From Octopus sinensis (Eukaryota): 64,000 nucleotides of DNA. The stretch is taken from contig NC_043005.1 in the NCBI RefSeq assembly GCF_006345805.1, positions 34,968,001-35,032,000 on the forward strand, read 5' to 3'. The position numbers were made by a program, and so were the translations under genes. Each line of letters starts with the position of its first letter. Positions within the stretch are counted from its first letter, which is position 1. Under the pieces are notes generated by a model. The model saw only the letters and a program-made list of their open reading frames with translations, searched no databases and had not been told where the DNA came from. Below, in pieces: positions 1-14,880 of this stretch.

Positions 1-3000
1 GCATAGGTACCTATTAACACCTTTTCTTTTACAGTAGACAAATGGCTTATTTTCAATACTCAGCCACTTAATGATCAATTACTCTAGATTTATTTTGGTT
101 ACTTTCTAAATCCTCTTATTGCTGATTAATGTTTCATTTTCAATAGAAGAAGCCCAGTCTTTCTTTATCCAAATATTATCATAACTAAACTGCAAGTAGT
201 AAAAGTATACTTATAATTATATTGTAATAACTATTGGATTTTTTTCTGTTTGATTACTCCACCCAAATGACTTCATATTTGATGTAACTGTTTCAGCATG
301 TATATAAAGTTTTATTCTGCATTGACTCTTCAAGTACACCCTTAACTTTAGTCTAACTCCATCTTCGCCATCTTTAAGGGCTGATGAACAATATTGACTT
401 CACCTTTAAGAACTGGTTTACAGTCATTAGATAAAACAAATGAATTTTATTACCATTATCATTTTCTTGCCATATTTCTGGTTGAAATTACATGTTTTGA
501 TTAATTTTTAAAATTAACGAAGACTTTAAAATGTCATTAAGCTGGTGTTTGGAACATCAATTAACACAGAACTTTGGAAGATTTTTAGATCACTTTAAAA
601 CAATGTATCATAGAACCAAGAGCAACCTGATGTAGGTTGATATCAAAGGGGGTTCTGCAGTGTTTAGCTAGGTTCGAGATTCTATAATTAAATTGTATCT
701 CTGCCTTTCATTCTTTGAACTGATAAAACGTCTTGAGAACTGGGCCCAATTTAATCAACTACTCACTTACTATCCCTAGCTAACTTAGAATTCATTATTT
801 TGAGAAGTGGTAGTTATGGATTAAATACCCTTGTTCTCAGTTCAAAATTCCATTCAAGTCAATTTTGGCTTTCATTCATCATGGATCAATGAAATAAGCT
901 TAGGGATTTATTGCTTTGGGTTAATGAAATCCATTTAGATCTGAATGACAGTTTTGAAAAGCAAATTTAACTGTAAAGCTATTTACTACATAAGATAAAA
1001 CTGAAAGTCTACGTGCTCCAGCATGGCTGCAGTCAAGTGACTGAAAAAAGTAAAAGAAAATTCTGCTCATGCTCACAAGTTGCTTATTCAATTGTTTATT
1101 GTGGCCATTATCTTATAAGTTAAGTTTATACTGATGTTGAACTTCATAAAAACTTGGCTAATCTAAAACATCAGTTCATAAATACTTTTCATGTGGGTGT
1201 GGCTCAGACTTTGAAAAATGTTAAATTTATTTTTGCGAACTATTTCTAATAGAAGATATTGTCATCTTAATTTCTGAGAACTAAGGCAGGTTACTTCAGC
1301 TAACTTTTACAGCTTCAGCTTTCATCAGTGATTACTTTTCCCTACTGAAAATTGTTTTATCTAATTATTATCACTTCTGACACCACCCACATCAACAGGC
1401 TTTTAGGTTGGAGGAGGCAGGAAAGTTGAGAAATTGTTTATCTTCCTTTTCCTTTTAAAAATCCATCAACCATGTTTGGATTGCTATGAACTATGAAGCA
1501 AAATAATTTAAGGCCCCCATCTCAGACTATTCCTGTTAATGTTCACCAGCATAATGTACCCATATCTTTTCCTGTTGGTAAAACTTAGTTGCTTGAAAAA
1601 ATGAAATCTGAAACCATTTCCCTCCTTTCGTCCCACTCCCACCCGCCAAGCAAATTTCTAAGCTGTTACTATCCAATATGGCTGTTGTTAAATGGTTACA
1701 GTTAAGATTGCTATGAACAATATCTTCAGTCTACAGTTGTAAATGACTAAATTTCGATATTTTAAATGAGTATTTTGCATTTCTTACTGCCATCATTTAT
1801 AACGTTGTCTAGCTGCATTTTTTCTTCTTTCTCTCTCTCTTTATTGAATTCTTTTTCCCATGAAAAATAATGGTTTGAATGACTTTTTAAACTCCAATAT
1901 TCACATAAATTGTAGTTGTCCTTTCATTCCTTAATTCCTTAACATTAACCAGTCAGTTGTGAACTGAAACTAGAATGTTAGATTATTCAACATTTTAACC
2001 CTTTTGAAACCAACTTGCCTTAAACCATCTATGGTACAGACTGATAAAGACTTCTTTAAATTGATTAAGATTAAAACTTTCCATTAAAATTTCATGCTAA
2101 TTTATATTCCAAATACCAGCTTAATTTTGTTTTACTAAATTCTTTATTTGCAAAATTAATTGAATCAAAGGCAGTGTATTTTCACAGAAATACAGTAGCA
2201 GAAGGGTTAATATTTTAATTTTGGTTCAAAGCCCACACATTTGAGTAGTGTGGGGTTAGTTAACATTGGCCTCCCGTACTGGACAATATTAAATATCACT
2301 TACAAAAAATACCAATGATGGCATTAAAAAAAAGATTTCACTAATTTCTTTTTCTTTTACTTTGAGTATTTTGGATAAGTTTATTATCTCTAGTTTTGCA
2401 CTTAAAGGACCACTACATGATAAAGTTAGTCATGATCAATAATCTGGATAAACTAAACCTTCACCTAAAGACAATTTTAGAATGGATGATTGAAGAGTAT
2501 GTAACCTTGTCACAGAAAATAAAACTGAACAGCTAGTTGTATATACAGTGACTTGATACATGTTTCTAATTCTCTTTTTCCAAATGATTAAGCTGAAATT
2601 AAACTCCTGTTGTACTGAAATTTGAGTTGAGGAAGTCTAATCGGAGATTTGTAATTAGTCTCACAAGTGACTTGATCTGAAGCTGTTGAAATTGATTTTA
2701 AAATCAAGGAACACAAAACTATAAATTCACTTTAAACAGCTCTGTGTATGATTAAATTACTTCCATCTAATTCAGGGAGTTAGGCTCTTAATTAAATGAC
2801 TGTAGTCTCATTTAACATTTTAAATGACTTGAAATTTAAAGCTTTGTGTATCATCACATGACTCTAATTTGAGGAGTTTTGATATAAATGTTGATGCATG
2901 TTACATTGTCAGATTAAAAACGGTCATAGATTTAAGTATAAAGTAACCATTGTTTTGATCTCTGCGTCTTGTGTTGCTGTGTGCATGTGAATGTAGTTTC

Positions 3001-3901
3001 TCAGGTGGCCAAATCACAGCTCACATTTTTGAAGAATATGCCATTACCTTTGTCATTTATGGCAATTCATGATTATCTTGGACTATTTATCCTAAAGTGT
3101 TGCTACTACTGGCCAAAATATACAATTTAGATATGTTTTTTTGTAATATTTTGAAAACTCGGATATCCACTAGTTACTTACTGTGTGAACAATCAATGAA
3201 AGACTGTAAAGCACAAGTTATCTCAGACTTAAGAGAAGATAACTAACTATAAAGCTACTGAAATAGATATCTACTTGTCATTGTTAGATAAAATTTAAAA
3301 GGTTTGTATTGGAAACAAAGTGAACAAATGAAGTACTTGTTAAGTACTTAACACTCGTTAATTTTGTCTGTAGTGGGTTTGATAATTCTGTAAAAATATT
3401 CCTGTGTTTGTAAATGATTACAAGACTAGTCAATTATTGTTGCTTGTCTGTTCTCATGTGAACCACTGGAAAGGAAAATGGAAGGCTGCGACTTTTGTTA
3501 TCAGCTTCAAATTTTGATTGGCATAAATTATCATTACGTAGGCTACAAAACATAATTGTATATCATTTCAAACCTTTGCAATGTCTTGGTGAAAGTTTAC
3601 CAAATACAGGAGTCATGTTTTGGATCATGATAACTCTTGGTAATTTATGATAAATACAAATTGTCATGAAGTTACCTGAATGTTTGAACCTGGTTCCATG
3701 CTTTGTTGGTTGGAATATCTTGAAAATTCAAACATTCATAAATTGTTGGTGTCAGCAATACATCATAACTTTAACCATCCAACTGGGAAGTGAAATTGAA
3801 ACTTAATTGTATCTTGGTTTGGGCTGAGAATTTTTTCTTCCCTCTATAGAACATCTTGGATAATCATACAACTATTATTGAACTTGGAATTGTAATCTGT
3901 C

Positions 3902-4254
3902 ATTATTTACAATAGATGGATAGGTGTCCCCATCTTGTTTGTTATTTTTCAGCATATGTACTCTCCAGCCTTCATCAGGTGTTCTGGTGGAATTTCGAAC
4001 CCAACCTTTTGACTAATGGGGTACACTTCTCATTCCTAAGGTATGTTGCTGATGTTATTTTACTGTTGATAGCAGGGACTTGAAAAATATCAACAGAAAA
4101 ACATCAGCAACATACCTTAGGAATGAGAAGTGTACCCCATTAGTCAAATGGTTAGGTTTGAAATTCCACCAGAACACCTGATGAAGGCTGGATAGTAGAT
4201 CTGCTGATAAATAACAAACAAGATGGGGTTACCTATCCGTCCATTGTAAATAAT
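3902..4254. repeat. Long inverted repeat (foldback): arms 3902-4071 and 4088-4254, 16-nt loop; probable Penelope-like-element derivative
   Basis: Manual alignment of the left arm to the reverse complement of the right arm gives about 11 substitutions plus ~3 indel bases, with perfect runs of 49 and 33 bp. Each arm carries CTGATGAAGGCTG (+ at 4178, - at 3978). The PLE assignment is inference. Confidence 0.9.
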
Positions 4255-4912
4255 ATCCATAATCCCTCATCTCAAAAATATAGAATAGTATAATCTGTAA
4301 TAAGAATCCATTTAGTCTGACATTGGTATATTTAGAACAAAAATATATTTGGTTGTGTTGATCTAAAGTTTCTTTTTCAAAAAGTAGTTAGCTCTCATTT
4401 GGACTGTCTGTTAAGATGACATTTGCTATAAATGTCAAATTATAAACTGTTTATATGGCCAGTTATATACAAATTCTTTCAATATCAGCTTTCATGATGA
4501 TAGATATAATAATAAAAGTAGATGTAATAAAAGTTCTTTTTGGGATATTATCACTACATATTCACTTTGTTTCTTTTAAATTAGGGCTACTTTCTAATAC
4601 TCCAACAAATATTACAGACTTTTCTTTCTATCCCGCCATCTTTCATTCCAGTGTAGGGTGTGAGTAAATTATAAGAGCTGACTCACTCGCTTGTTCTATC
4701 CCTGCCATGAGCCTAGCTAGTCATTAGTACCCTTTCTATCCAGCTAGAATTTAATGCCTACTCCCATAATCCTTACTAATAACTGCTAATTTAGCTAAAC
4801 ACTAAACTGATAGTAAATTGGGTGGGTTTATTTTATTTTTTGCCTCCACACCATAACCCGGAAACAGTATATATCTTAAAGTATTTTGACAAATTTTTAC
4901 TGAACTTAATAA

Positions 4913-4952
<40 letters not shown>

Positions 4953-7900
4953 TTTTTACTACAGTTCCTATTTTTGACATGCCTTATTGCCTAGTCTTAC
5001 TTTCGTGTCTTCATTGTAGCTGTTAATAAATTCGTTTTGACTAGCATTTGAAAAAGGAAAAAATTGTGCTTTAATTAGACTTATTTGAAAAGCATGTAGT
5101 GTGACTTTTGTATGCATGACAAGTAGTCTGCACAGACACAGACAGACACATTCATGTTTTTGTTTTTTTTTACATTGAGGGCAGTTGTTCTGACAAACGC
5201 TCTATTTATTATTGGGGCTATAGTAGCAGCAGATCTGTACTCTTCTATGATAATAAATGCCAAAACAAATCTTTGTGTGTCAGTGTGTCACACTTTGAAC
5301 CCACCCTTCACTAGTCAATGACACCTCTATTCCTCATGTTCGGGTGAAAGTAATAGTAGGCAATAGACAGTGAGGTCGGTAGTAGATTGAAGGTTGTGAT
5401 GGTGATAGTAATAGTATGAGTTGTAGTTGTAATAGAGGTGGAGGTGATGATGATGGTGGTGGAAACCGAGGCAGTCAGGGATAATGGTGATAGTAAGCAA
5501 TGTGAAAGATAATGGTGGAGGGGTAGGCGGCGAAGTCAAAGGTATTGATGTGGTGGCATCAGATATCTGAATGGTGTATGGCAGTTGTGGTGGCAATGGT
5601 GGATGGTACTTGTGATGTTGATGGTTGAAAACAACAGAGAGAAAAAGGTTAGATAGAAAAAATACTGTACTGAAACTTCAAATGGAAAGACAAAAAGTGT
5701 TTATCATTCAGATTTGCAATAAATTCCAAGTTGATTAATTATATCACTGTTTTGATGAAAATTGTTCATTGCTTGAAAAATATTGGTCAAGTTTAATGAA
5801 ATTTAATATGTGATCAATGCATGAAGTGTTATTGTTGGGCCCAAAACCCAATGGAAAAAGAAAAGGTTATGGTTTCACAGCTGCTAAATATTAGGAGTAC
5901 TGGTTTTTTCAGAGTGTTGATTGACATGTCACAACTAAATCTCCACTTTGTAATCTAGACACCATGTCAGTATCCATATATGTGGATACTGTTGACAGGT
6001 TTCTGAAGTAATAAGGGTAAAAAACTATATCAGTCACTTAAGTTTGAGGTCACACAAGCTGTGATAGTAGCTGAACTTAGAAGTTTGTATAGAATTTAAA
6101 TTGTGTTGACTACTCAGCCCTGATTCAGCAGATATGATCAATAGTGGCCATTCAAGATAACATTTGTCATTTCTTGCTTAACCTTTTAGCATTTAAGCTG
6201 ACCCTATCCAGCCCAAATATTGTTTTATGTTCAAACTGACTGGATCTAATCTATCACACCTACTGTACAACCGTCTTTCTAAAAATAGTCACATCATTGA
6301 AGCCTTGAAGCTACAAGATAATGCATGATTAATTCAAAATAATGTGAATAAGTAGCATGTCAGACAGTTGAGGGAGAACTAGTTGCTGTCTCAAGCACAC
6401 TAGTTGGATCTGTATTTCTTTTATAAAACAGAGTAATGTTAATGCAGTATTTTCCTAACAATCTCTATTTAAATATTTCTAACCAAACTCAAGGATCTTG
6501 CACTAAAATATTTTTAATTCTATCATTTTAGGATTTCAGTGGCAAAAATGAGTGAATGCAGATCAAATTTGTTAACCTTTGACATTAGAAGATATTTAAG
6601 TCTTGTATTTCTAAGAGAATGATTCATAGTATGCACTGTATCTTGCATACAGATTAAAATACATCTCTATCTACTGTTTTGTCAAGCTAATTAACACTAA
6701 CATTGAAGTGAAGTAACTATTCACAAGTGTTGACTTGTAACCAGGGCTGAGGAGTCAGTTGGAAACAAGGGGTAGCTGGAGTAGGAGTCAGTAAAACTAC
6801 TCCTACTCACAATATCTTTATGCTTTAATATAAACCAGTTATAACATATAAGCCTATTCTAAGTACAAGCGTATGCATATGCTTTGAGACATGTAGACCA
6901 AAATCACTTAATTACATAGTGGAATCGGAGTCGGTTTTTTGTTTCGACTCGGCAGTCCTCCCTGCTTGTAACTGAAGCAATGGTTTATTAAAATTTGACT
7001 ATAAATCAATAATGCATGTTTGGGGCAGGGGTTCAACTGGCTGCTCCATGTTGCAATTTGCGGTGTAGTTTTAGATAGTGGGTTAGCTGAAATCATAATT
7101 TTCAACCAAGAGTACGTTTACTACTGTAGGGTTAAAATTTACATGGCATAGTGTAAATATACCATACCTGGTCATACATGATCTAATGTTTATTACAAAC
7201 TATTTTCAACATTACACAATAGCTAGGGTATATGACAAAAGCATAAAATGTGACAATTTCTGTTATTTAGTTTGTATGTATGCATGTGTATTTATGTGGA
7301 ATTAATGAGATAAACGATGAAATACATGAAGCTGAGATGAGTAAGGATGACAGAAACTGAGAATTACTGGACTAAAGCAATAGATTATAATTGGGTTAGG
7401 GATCTAACATATTTTGAACATACATTGCATACATGAGCCTTTGTTTTCTCAATATTCTTAGGATGTACTTGGTGGTTATCATACAAGACTAGTTTCTGAT
7501 CAGGATTATATTATGGAATTATTTAACCAGGAATGGCTGTGTGGTTAAGTTCACTTCCCAAGTACATGGTGTCAGGTTCAATCTCATTGCACAATATCTT
7601 GAGCAGTTGCTTTCTATGACTTGAGACTGACCACAACCTGAAGTACAGGAGTAGCTATGTGGAAATGATGTAGTTTCAGATTCTTGCACAGTACTTAGGG
7701 CAAGTGACTACTATAGCTACAGACTGACCAAAGCCTTATGAATGGATTTGCTAGATGAATACTGGATGAAGACAAATGTATGTTTATTTACATTTGTGCT
7801 ACTGTGAAAATTGTAAAATACAAGTTATATTTCTCTTAACAGATTGCTGGCTTTGTGCCTTTGAAGGCATAGGAAATAAAAGATTGAGAAAACTGGCAAA

Positions 7901-10900
7901 GCTGTGTAAAAAGGACATTTGGCTGTAAAGCACTGTCTCAGTAATATATACATTTACCTCATGTTAGCATAGAAAAAGCAATCTATCCTTAATAGAAACT
8001 CAAAGTTAATATATATTTCTTTTAAAGAATAGAAGTTGATGAAACACACATGCAAATACAGATGAAATACTCTATTAAATTTGTATAAAGTTATATGAAT
8101 TCTTTCAAAGCAGAAGACTGTTGTGACCTTATGATATGGTCAGCGAGTTTTATATTACCTATGGATAGTGTGAGAAATACAATTCATTGTAGTTTGAAGA
8201 GGAAGATATTTTTTTGAAATATCTTTCAAATTTATTCCCAATTATTGCTCAATAATTTGTTTCTTTGTATAGCTAAGTTTGTGATTTGTTGGTAGAAATG
8301 AAGCCTAGGCTGTAAAGCTGAGGTACTGACTAAGTTTTAAGACGATTCCCATATGCTGGGAATTTTTAGCAAAATAAGCAGTAAAACAATTGAATTTGAA
8401 AGCAAAACCTGCTCAATCACTTGAAAATGTGTGAATTATTATACTGCATTTTCCTTATATTTGTGTGTGACAGTTTTGATGTGCCTTTATAGCCAATTTT
8501 AAAATACAAACTTATTTTTCAAGTTTCTAAATTCCATGCCAATCAACTTTTTGATCTATAAATCATGTTCCTTTCATATTATACTCACATCAATTAATCT
8601 TAGTTATTTTCTTTGGTGATGGTGGGGGGTTGTGTGTGTGTGTGTATCTAATTACATACATGATCAAAGTTTATTACTGTATTACAAATGAGAGAGCCTA
8701 CCATAAGTATACCTACAATATCGTTTAAACATTTCTCTCTCTTAACCTTGCTGCCATCATTCAAGGGAAACAAGTTATTGGATGCTCACTCTCTAATATC
8801 TGAAGTTAACAAAAACCTAAGTTCATTCCTCTTTATCTCTGATCATATCTTTTCTCTTTAGTCATTTGACAAGTTCCTACAAAGTATGAATGGCTTAATA
8901 TAAACTGAAGGTTTTTGTAGCCATATATTTAAAGCTAAATATATGTATTTACGCAGCCAGACTTTGTAAATACACCCACCCACTCGCAGTAAGTTAGTGG
9001 CTAGTTAAATAACAGATTTTAGCTGTTAAATTGATTGTTGCCTAAGTGCTGTTATAATGGGATTATGGAAAGTAAAACAATGTTAGGAACATTCTTTCAA
9101 TATCTTGTTTCTGAAGTTTGTGTACATTTATGAGAAGAAATTTTCTTTCATTAGGATTTTTGTTCAATGTTTCAATAATGCATTTAGTGTAGAAATCTAT
9201 AGAGTACAACCGGAGTTACAGCTTACTGCTATTCTACGAGTACAGTCCACCTCTTAAAAGCATGTGTATTTTATATTTCATTCTTACCACACTAGATCAT
9301 TAATTGTTGCCATTTTTTATCTATCTACATTTTGTTTGAAGAGGAAGGGCCATTGTCTACAGACGTATTGCTCTACCTCCAACACTGGTGGTATAAATTG
9401 GGGGAATAAATCAGATTGCGAGTTATTCTCAAACCAAAGATCTGAATACTTGCAACAAAGTGGTTGGACTCTGGTAAATCAACCAGGTTGTCATGTGCAA
9501 CTGGATGATTAAGTCTAAATGATAATGAATTATTATTTAAATGTCCATTTTCCATTCTGGCAACTGCAGGTCAGTTTGGCAGGACCCAACAAGCCAGAAG
9601 ACTGTGCCACGCTCTAAAGACACTAATACAATTTTAGCCAAATTTAAGGTGAAATCACATTTACTATAATTTAATGAAATTATAAACTTATTTATTTAAT
9701 TACACACCACATGCAGTGTCATATTTTCTTGATTTTTCTTTCGTCATTTAACATGTCATCACACCAGACATATAACAGCATTTTAAAATATCACACCATA
9801 TGCTAGTGTAAAGCCATCTTCCAATCACACTGTTTCTAGGATTTTTCATGACTATTGAGGGATTTTTACTATGATTTCCAGCTGTTTGAGCAATTTATAG
9901 ACCCATTTTAGTAGTTTGATACTCTTTTTTAAGACCGTGAGCAATATAGGCCCCAAATCCTCACCATCATGTGGACTTCATTGTTTAGCCCAAGATCAAG
10001 CCTGGTTGGACAAATTTGTGATCAGACATTCCATTTGTTCCATTGTTCAGTGTGGCTTTAGATATGGCTTCTATTGTCAGCAAGTCAAGCAACTGAAAAA
10101 TCTCCATTGATTTTGGTTTTACTGCTGCATTTTAATGTCTGTTTGTCAGAACTATCTTTCTTAGTCCTTAATTGAAATGTAAGTGAAAAGTTGTTGCATA
10201 TATGGCACTTTGTAAGCATAAGTAAAACTGGAAGTTGAAAGCTGCTCTTTAATTCACTAGCAACTTCCTATCATACTATGGTACTTAACATACTTGCCTA
10301 CCAATAGTTCTTTTGACTGAGTAGCTGGCCAATTTTAGGGGGGAAAAAAATACAGTTGGATGAATCAACTCTTTTTATTGGGGGTTAATCAACATGATAG
10401 GAAGAGCAGAAGTGAGGTGTAATTTAAATTCACAAGATACAAGGTGCAACAAAAACACCTCCAGATTCACTAGTCATGATAAGCATTTTAACAACAAAAA
10501 CACTATGTACCAGTCCAAATTGTGGTGCATACTGGGGGGTGGGGGGCTCAAAACATGAGCTACATGAAAATACTGTTATCATCCGGCTTACTTCACTAGT
10601 GCCTCATCAATAGCTGTGTAAAATATTGGATGTTTTTCTGTTGCATTCTCTATTTTAAAACCTGTGGAGTATTGGGCTGGGCTACAGTTTCGTCAGCTCA
10701 AAATAATGTCAATGATATTAGCCCTGCCCTTTTACTGAATGACTATACTCTCCAGTTATTGTTTTTCTATTTCCTAAGTGGAGCAAGCAATTTACCAGCA
10801 GCAATGACCTCATCCAATTTTAGTGATTTCCTCTCTGTGGCTGTTAATTATGTTGTCGACTACAAATAACTTCATTGACATAATGGCAATCCTACTTCAC

Positions 10901-12539
10901 TTCCACTGTGGTTGTGAAGGAAATATGGAATTGTGAGTTGAAAGATTTTGAGCAATCGAGATTATCCTTGCAGTTAGTAAGCAAAAACTGTTTTAAAATC
11001 TAAAAAGCAAGGGGATAACTACAGGATGGTCAGTTGATTAAAATTGTTGGTCCCTACGATCTATTGTCTACAATACAGTATGTAGGATCTGGCCTCTGAA
11101 GATAACTGAAAGCAGTGGACAAGGTTTCAATCTTTAATCAGATATACTCCAATCCGAATTCAATTGATTTTATTGCCCAGAGGGAGTTTTTCGGCCTACT
11201 ATATTTTACATATGAGACCCTGTTGTATTTCTATTAAATATACAGAATCTTTTGGGATATTTTTCCCCTTCAATCATTGATAACTATCGGCAGTCAATAC
11301 TAGAATGATGGGGAGTTGATTTTTGCTCTTCAAATTTCAGTGTGTGTGTGTGAAGCACTAGATGTATTGTATATTGAAAGGTGTATGCATGTCTGTATAT
11401 TTGTGCAGTGACCGATTGAATTCATTATTGACTTTATCTGTTTCATTTCATGTATATGTTCACATCAATAATCTTAACTGGTTCAATCATGTATTTATTT
11501 CATAGAAATTCAAATCACACACACACACACGCACGTCTGTATCACATTGTCTTCATAGCTGAAAGTAGGGAAGAGTACATTTTTGTCGCAGTTGATAATT
11601 GACCTTCATACAAATATATTGATTTTAACAGTAATTCATTTTCATGCTTTTGGTTATCTCTGCACATCACCATCATTGATAAAAAAAATTTATAAGTTCT
11701 AACTTTTTTTTTTCAGTAAATGAAGAAATCGATATACTGCTCTTGCATCTTGTTAATTAGTGGGTCAGACATTAAAGTTCATTAGTTCTTCAGTTTGTTT
11801 TAGTCAACAAAATAGAAACAGAAATAGTTGCAATATCCAGTCTGGCTAATCTAAAATATTGTGTTTGAGGAATATTTATAGAGGAACAACTGTCATATTC
11901 TGTTCTACTTTGCTTTGTCTGATTCCTCTGTGGCCACTGCTAATGTTGGTGGACATAGTGCAATATGTTCCTAATTGGCACATTGTTGCACTCTATATGA
12001 CTGATTTATTGCTGCAGCATGCAGTAGTTTCTCACAGATGGATATAGTGTAATTAGGGAGATGGGGCCACAGGACTGTTAGATCAGTTGTCATTGGTTTC
12101 TTTAATTTGTTTCAATCAAATCAATAAAATTGATGCTGGAATATTGCCTTTTATTGATTTGGCTTATGTTGTTACTTACCTAATATTGATTGTTGTCAGT
12201 TAGATATGCATGTGTTATGACTGCTGTTTTCTGCCTTCATATGATGTAATCTGTAATGGTGGATGGTGGATGAACCAAATGTTGACTGTTATAAACTAGT
12301 TCCTTCGGATGTTTTAAGAGTTATGCAACCCCAGATAAATCCTGATCCCACAGTCTTGTAGCCTGCAAGTCATCAGCCATACAATCACTCTGGTCATGTC
12401 TCTGTCTATAGTCCATATTTTGACTGTGACAATCTGGACATATTTACACACTACTGTCCAGCCATATTATTACATTCCCAAAGATTCTGATGTCACATCT
12501 TTGGACAATGTTCAAGACCAGTGAGGCTGTTGATGTTGC

Positions 12540-13590
12540 AACTGTTTTTTGCGTCTATTTTTCTTTTAAAAATGTTGAAGCTGGATAGCAGAATGTCATT
12601 GTAGTACTAAGTTTATGTTGTGTGTGTGACTTGGTGTTTGGAAGTGGATTTCCATGTAATAACAGGGACTGTAAGTAGTGAAACTTGCTGTAGCAAGAAA
12701 CTGCACCTTTTCAATGTCTTTTAAAGATTGTGGTCTATATAAAAGTTTGTTTATTGCACTGTTTGGATTCTTAGTGTTGTAGTTAGTTGTGGAGAGATTG
12801 GGTTCTGACCAAGATTCATAAATGTCATGACAGATCCAATATATTATTTCTACACTTAATTTTCCTTTCTTCAAATGTGTTGACAGGGATTGTATGTTCA
12901 TACAAAGATTGAATTTTTGTTGGCTGTGGTATTGTTGTATAAGTGGTTTGTGTATTGTTTGATGTGATGGTTGGTCATAGTTGTTCACTTTGTGTTGTTT
13001 TGGACCCAAGTTTTGAGGTAATTTATATAGGGTTAAAATAGTTGTACAGCTGAGTTTGTAGAATGGTGAGTGCCATTCTCTGTAGATAAGGCTATCTATT
13101 TTGTGGTGTGGAAAAGTCATGTGGTTACAGGCTGAAAAAAATGGATGGGTGAACAAATCCCTGTGGAATTTTCATCCTGGGGAAATTGCAAGTTCTAGAA
13201 GCATTATTCATTATATAAGCTTGGCAGCCTGATAGTTTACTAGCCATATGGTCTTTTTTTTATGGATAGTGAGGAATTGAAAGCTTGGCTGGTGTTGGTA
13301 GTTGTTAGAATGATTCATCTAACGCCATCTTGTACCTTCTGTGTTAGGTTTGTGGGTAAATGAATTGGTTGGTAATGGTCTGAATCCTTATTGGGATTTG
13401 AAGGGAATGCATGGGTTAACTATATTAAGGATTAGCTATTCTAGAGTTTTCCAGAGTCTGCATATGAGGGTGATGAACCTGAATACTATTCACTCAATTG
13501 ATTGGTTGGCTTTAAAATTTTGTCCAGCTTCCAGATTTTGCGAATTTCACCAGTTCAACTACTACATTGGTAGTGTGTGTGTGTTTAATG
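12540..13590 (-). mobile_element. Heavily decayed non-LTR retrotransposon (I/Jockey-like) RT fragment
   Basis: Minus-strand translations give PSNPNKDSDHYQPIHL (cf. PIPKPNKD..NYRPISL), KIPQGFVHPSIFF (cf. GVPQGSVLSPTLF) and NPNSAINKLLYRP in collinear order. Many stops and frameshifts; explains ORF 12596..13156. Confidence 0.5.
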
Positions 13591-14703
13591 GTTAAATATA
13601 CAGTACAGCTGGTATTTTCATATAGTGAACCCGCAGTGTCAAATCGTTTATTAAATTAAATTTCCTGTAGATAGAAAAAAAATCGTCCCACAATGGTTTG
13701 TATGTTGGTGCTTGCTACATACTGTAGGTAAGCTCTGATCGAGCAAGTCTGTAACCCTAGGCCGTGTTCATCCTATCTTTATAGACGAACGTGAAATAAC
13801 ATTATCTAATGTGTTCCTTTATAATGGTCGAGTGATTCATGGTGAAATTCAGCTGCTATTTCTAGCAGCCACGTAGAGGCTTCTTCCGTTGGTCTGTTGT
13901 ATTCTGGCTGGTTTGTGTGGCGAATGAAATTGACAGACCAGCCACATTACAACTCTACAGAAGAAATATTATAGTTTACCTAGCTAATATAATTCATACC
14001 AGTGACACACCGATGTGTGCCTGCCTCCTTCATCTTGTTAGAACTGGCTGGTTGTACATTCTTTTTAGCGTAGTAGCACAGTATCTTGGTCTGAAAGTGA
14101 TAACTTTTACACAGAAAATATTAGAGGAGGAGAAATGGAGTTGTTTACTACCTCTATGCGTATGTGAGTGTGTTAGACTGTAATCTGAATAATCAATTAT
14201 GGCTGGCGGCGGTGGTAATGGAAGTACTATGTTAGACATACAACACACACATACCGGTTTACCGCACTGCTGTGTGAATGAGTGGCACCCTCATATTAAA
14301 TATATATATATATATATAGAGGTAGTGTCTGTTCGTTACAAGCTGGCGGGAATAATAGACGCAATGTATGTTAAACATACAATTTTTAAAAGTATTTTTT
14401 ATTGCTTATGCATAATTATCAATTTTTTTTCCTCCCTGCTTTTGTTTCTGTAAAAGTGGGAATAAACGTCGAATCTGACTATTTCTCTTTATAATTGGCT
14501 TCTTGAATAATGCTTCACTTATTTCTTATAGTTGACTTCTACTGCAGGAGAGAGATGTAAGGGCGGGGGCAGATATTTTAGCTACAATTAACCTTGTATA
14601 CTCTTAGCCTGGTTGCTAACTATTGTACATTTATGGCAACTTTCGGGGTTCTCATGGGTCCTTGATATATGTGAATCTGATACTGGCAGAGATTGGTTAG
14701 TTG

Positions 14704-14880
14704 GTTTTCCCCTTTTTTTCTTTCTCCTTTCATCCCTTTCTGCTCCCTTTTCTCCCTTTTATTCTTTGTCTGACTCCCCTATTTTTCTCTTATTTCTATT
14801 CTCTTTCCTACTTCCCCCTTTTTTTCTCCCTTTCTTTCCTACTCCTTCCCCTATTACCCTTCCCGTTTTTTTTTATACGT
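14704..14880 (+). repeat. Polypyrimidine (CT-rich) low-complexity tract
   Basis: Almost entirely C/T on the + strand; source of the F/S/P/L-rich ORFs 14613 and 14701. Confidence 0.8.

Noticed and set aside
5327-5640. GGT/GAT-rich stretch with His/Pro-rich antisense ORF
   Set aside because: Degenerate trinucleotide low-complexity DNA with stops in the + frames; no splice-supported exon.
9264-9555. Overlapping 82-aa and 60-aa ORFs
   Set aside because: No recognisable motif or convincing splice sites; length expected by chance.
14135-14169. ATG plus GTGAGT donor as futsch first coding exon
   Set aside because: Would splice in phase 2 whereas the next exon needs phase 1; no similarity to MAP1 N-termini.
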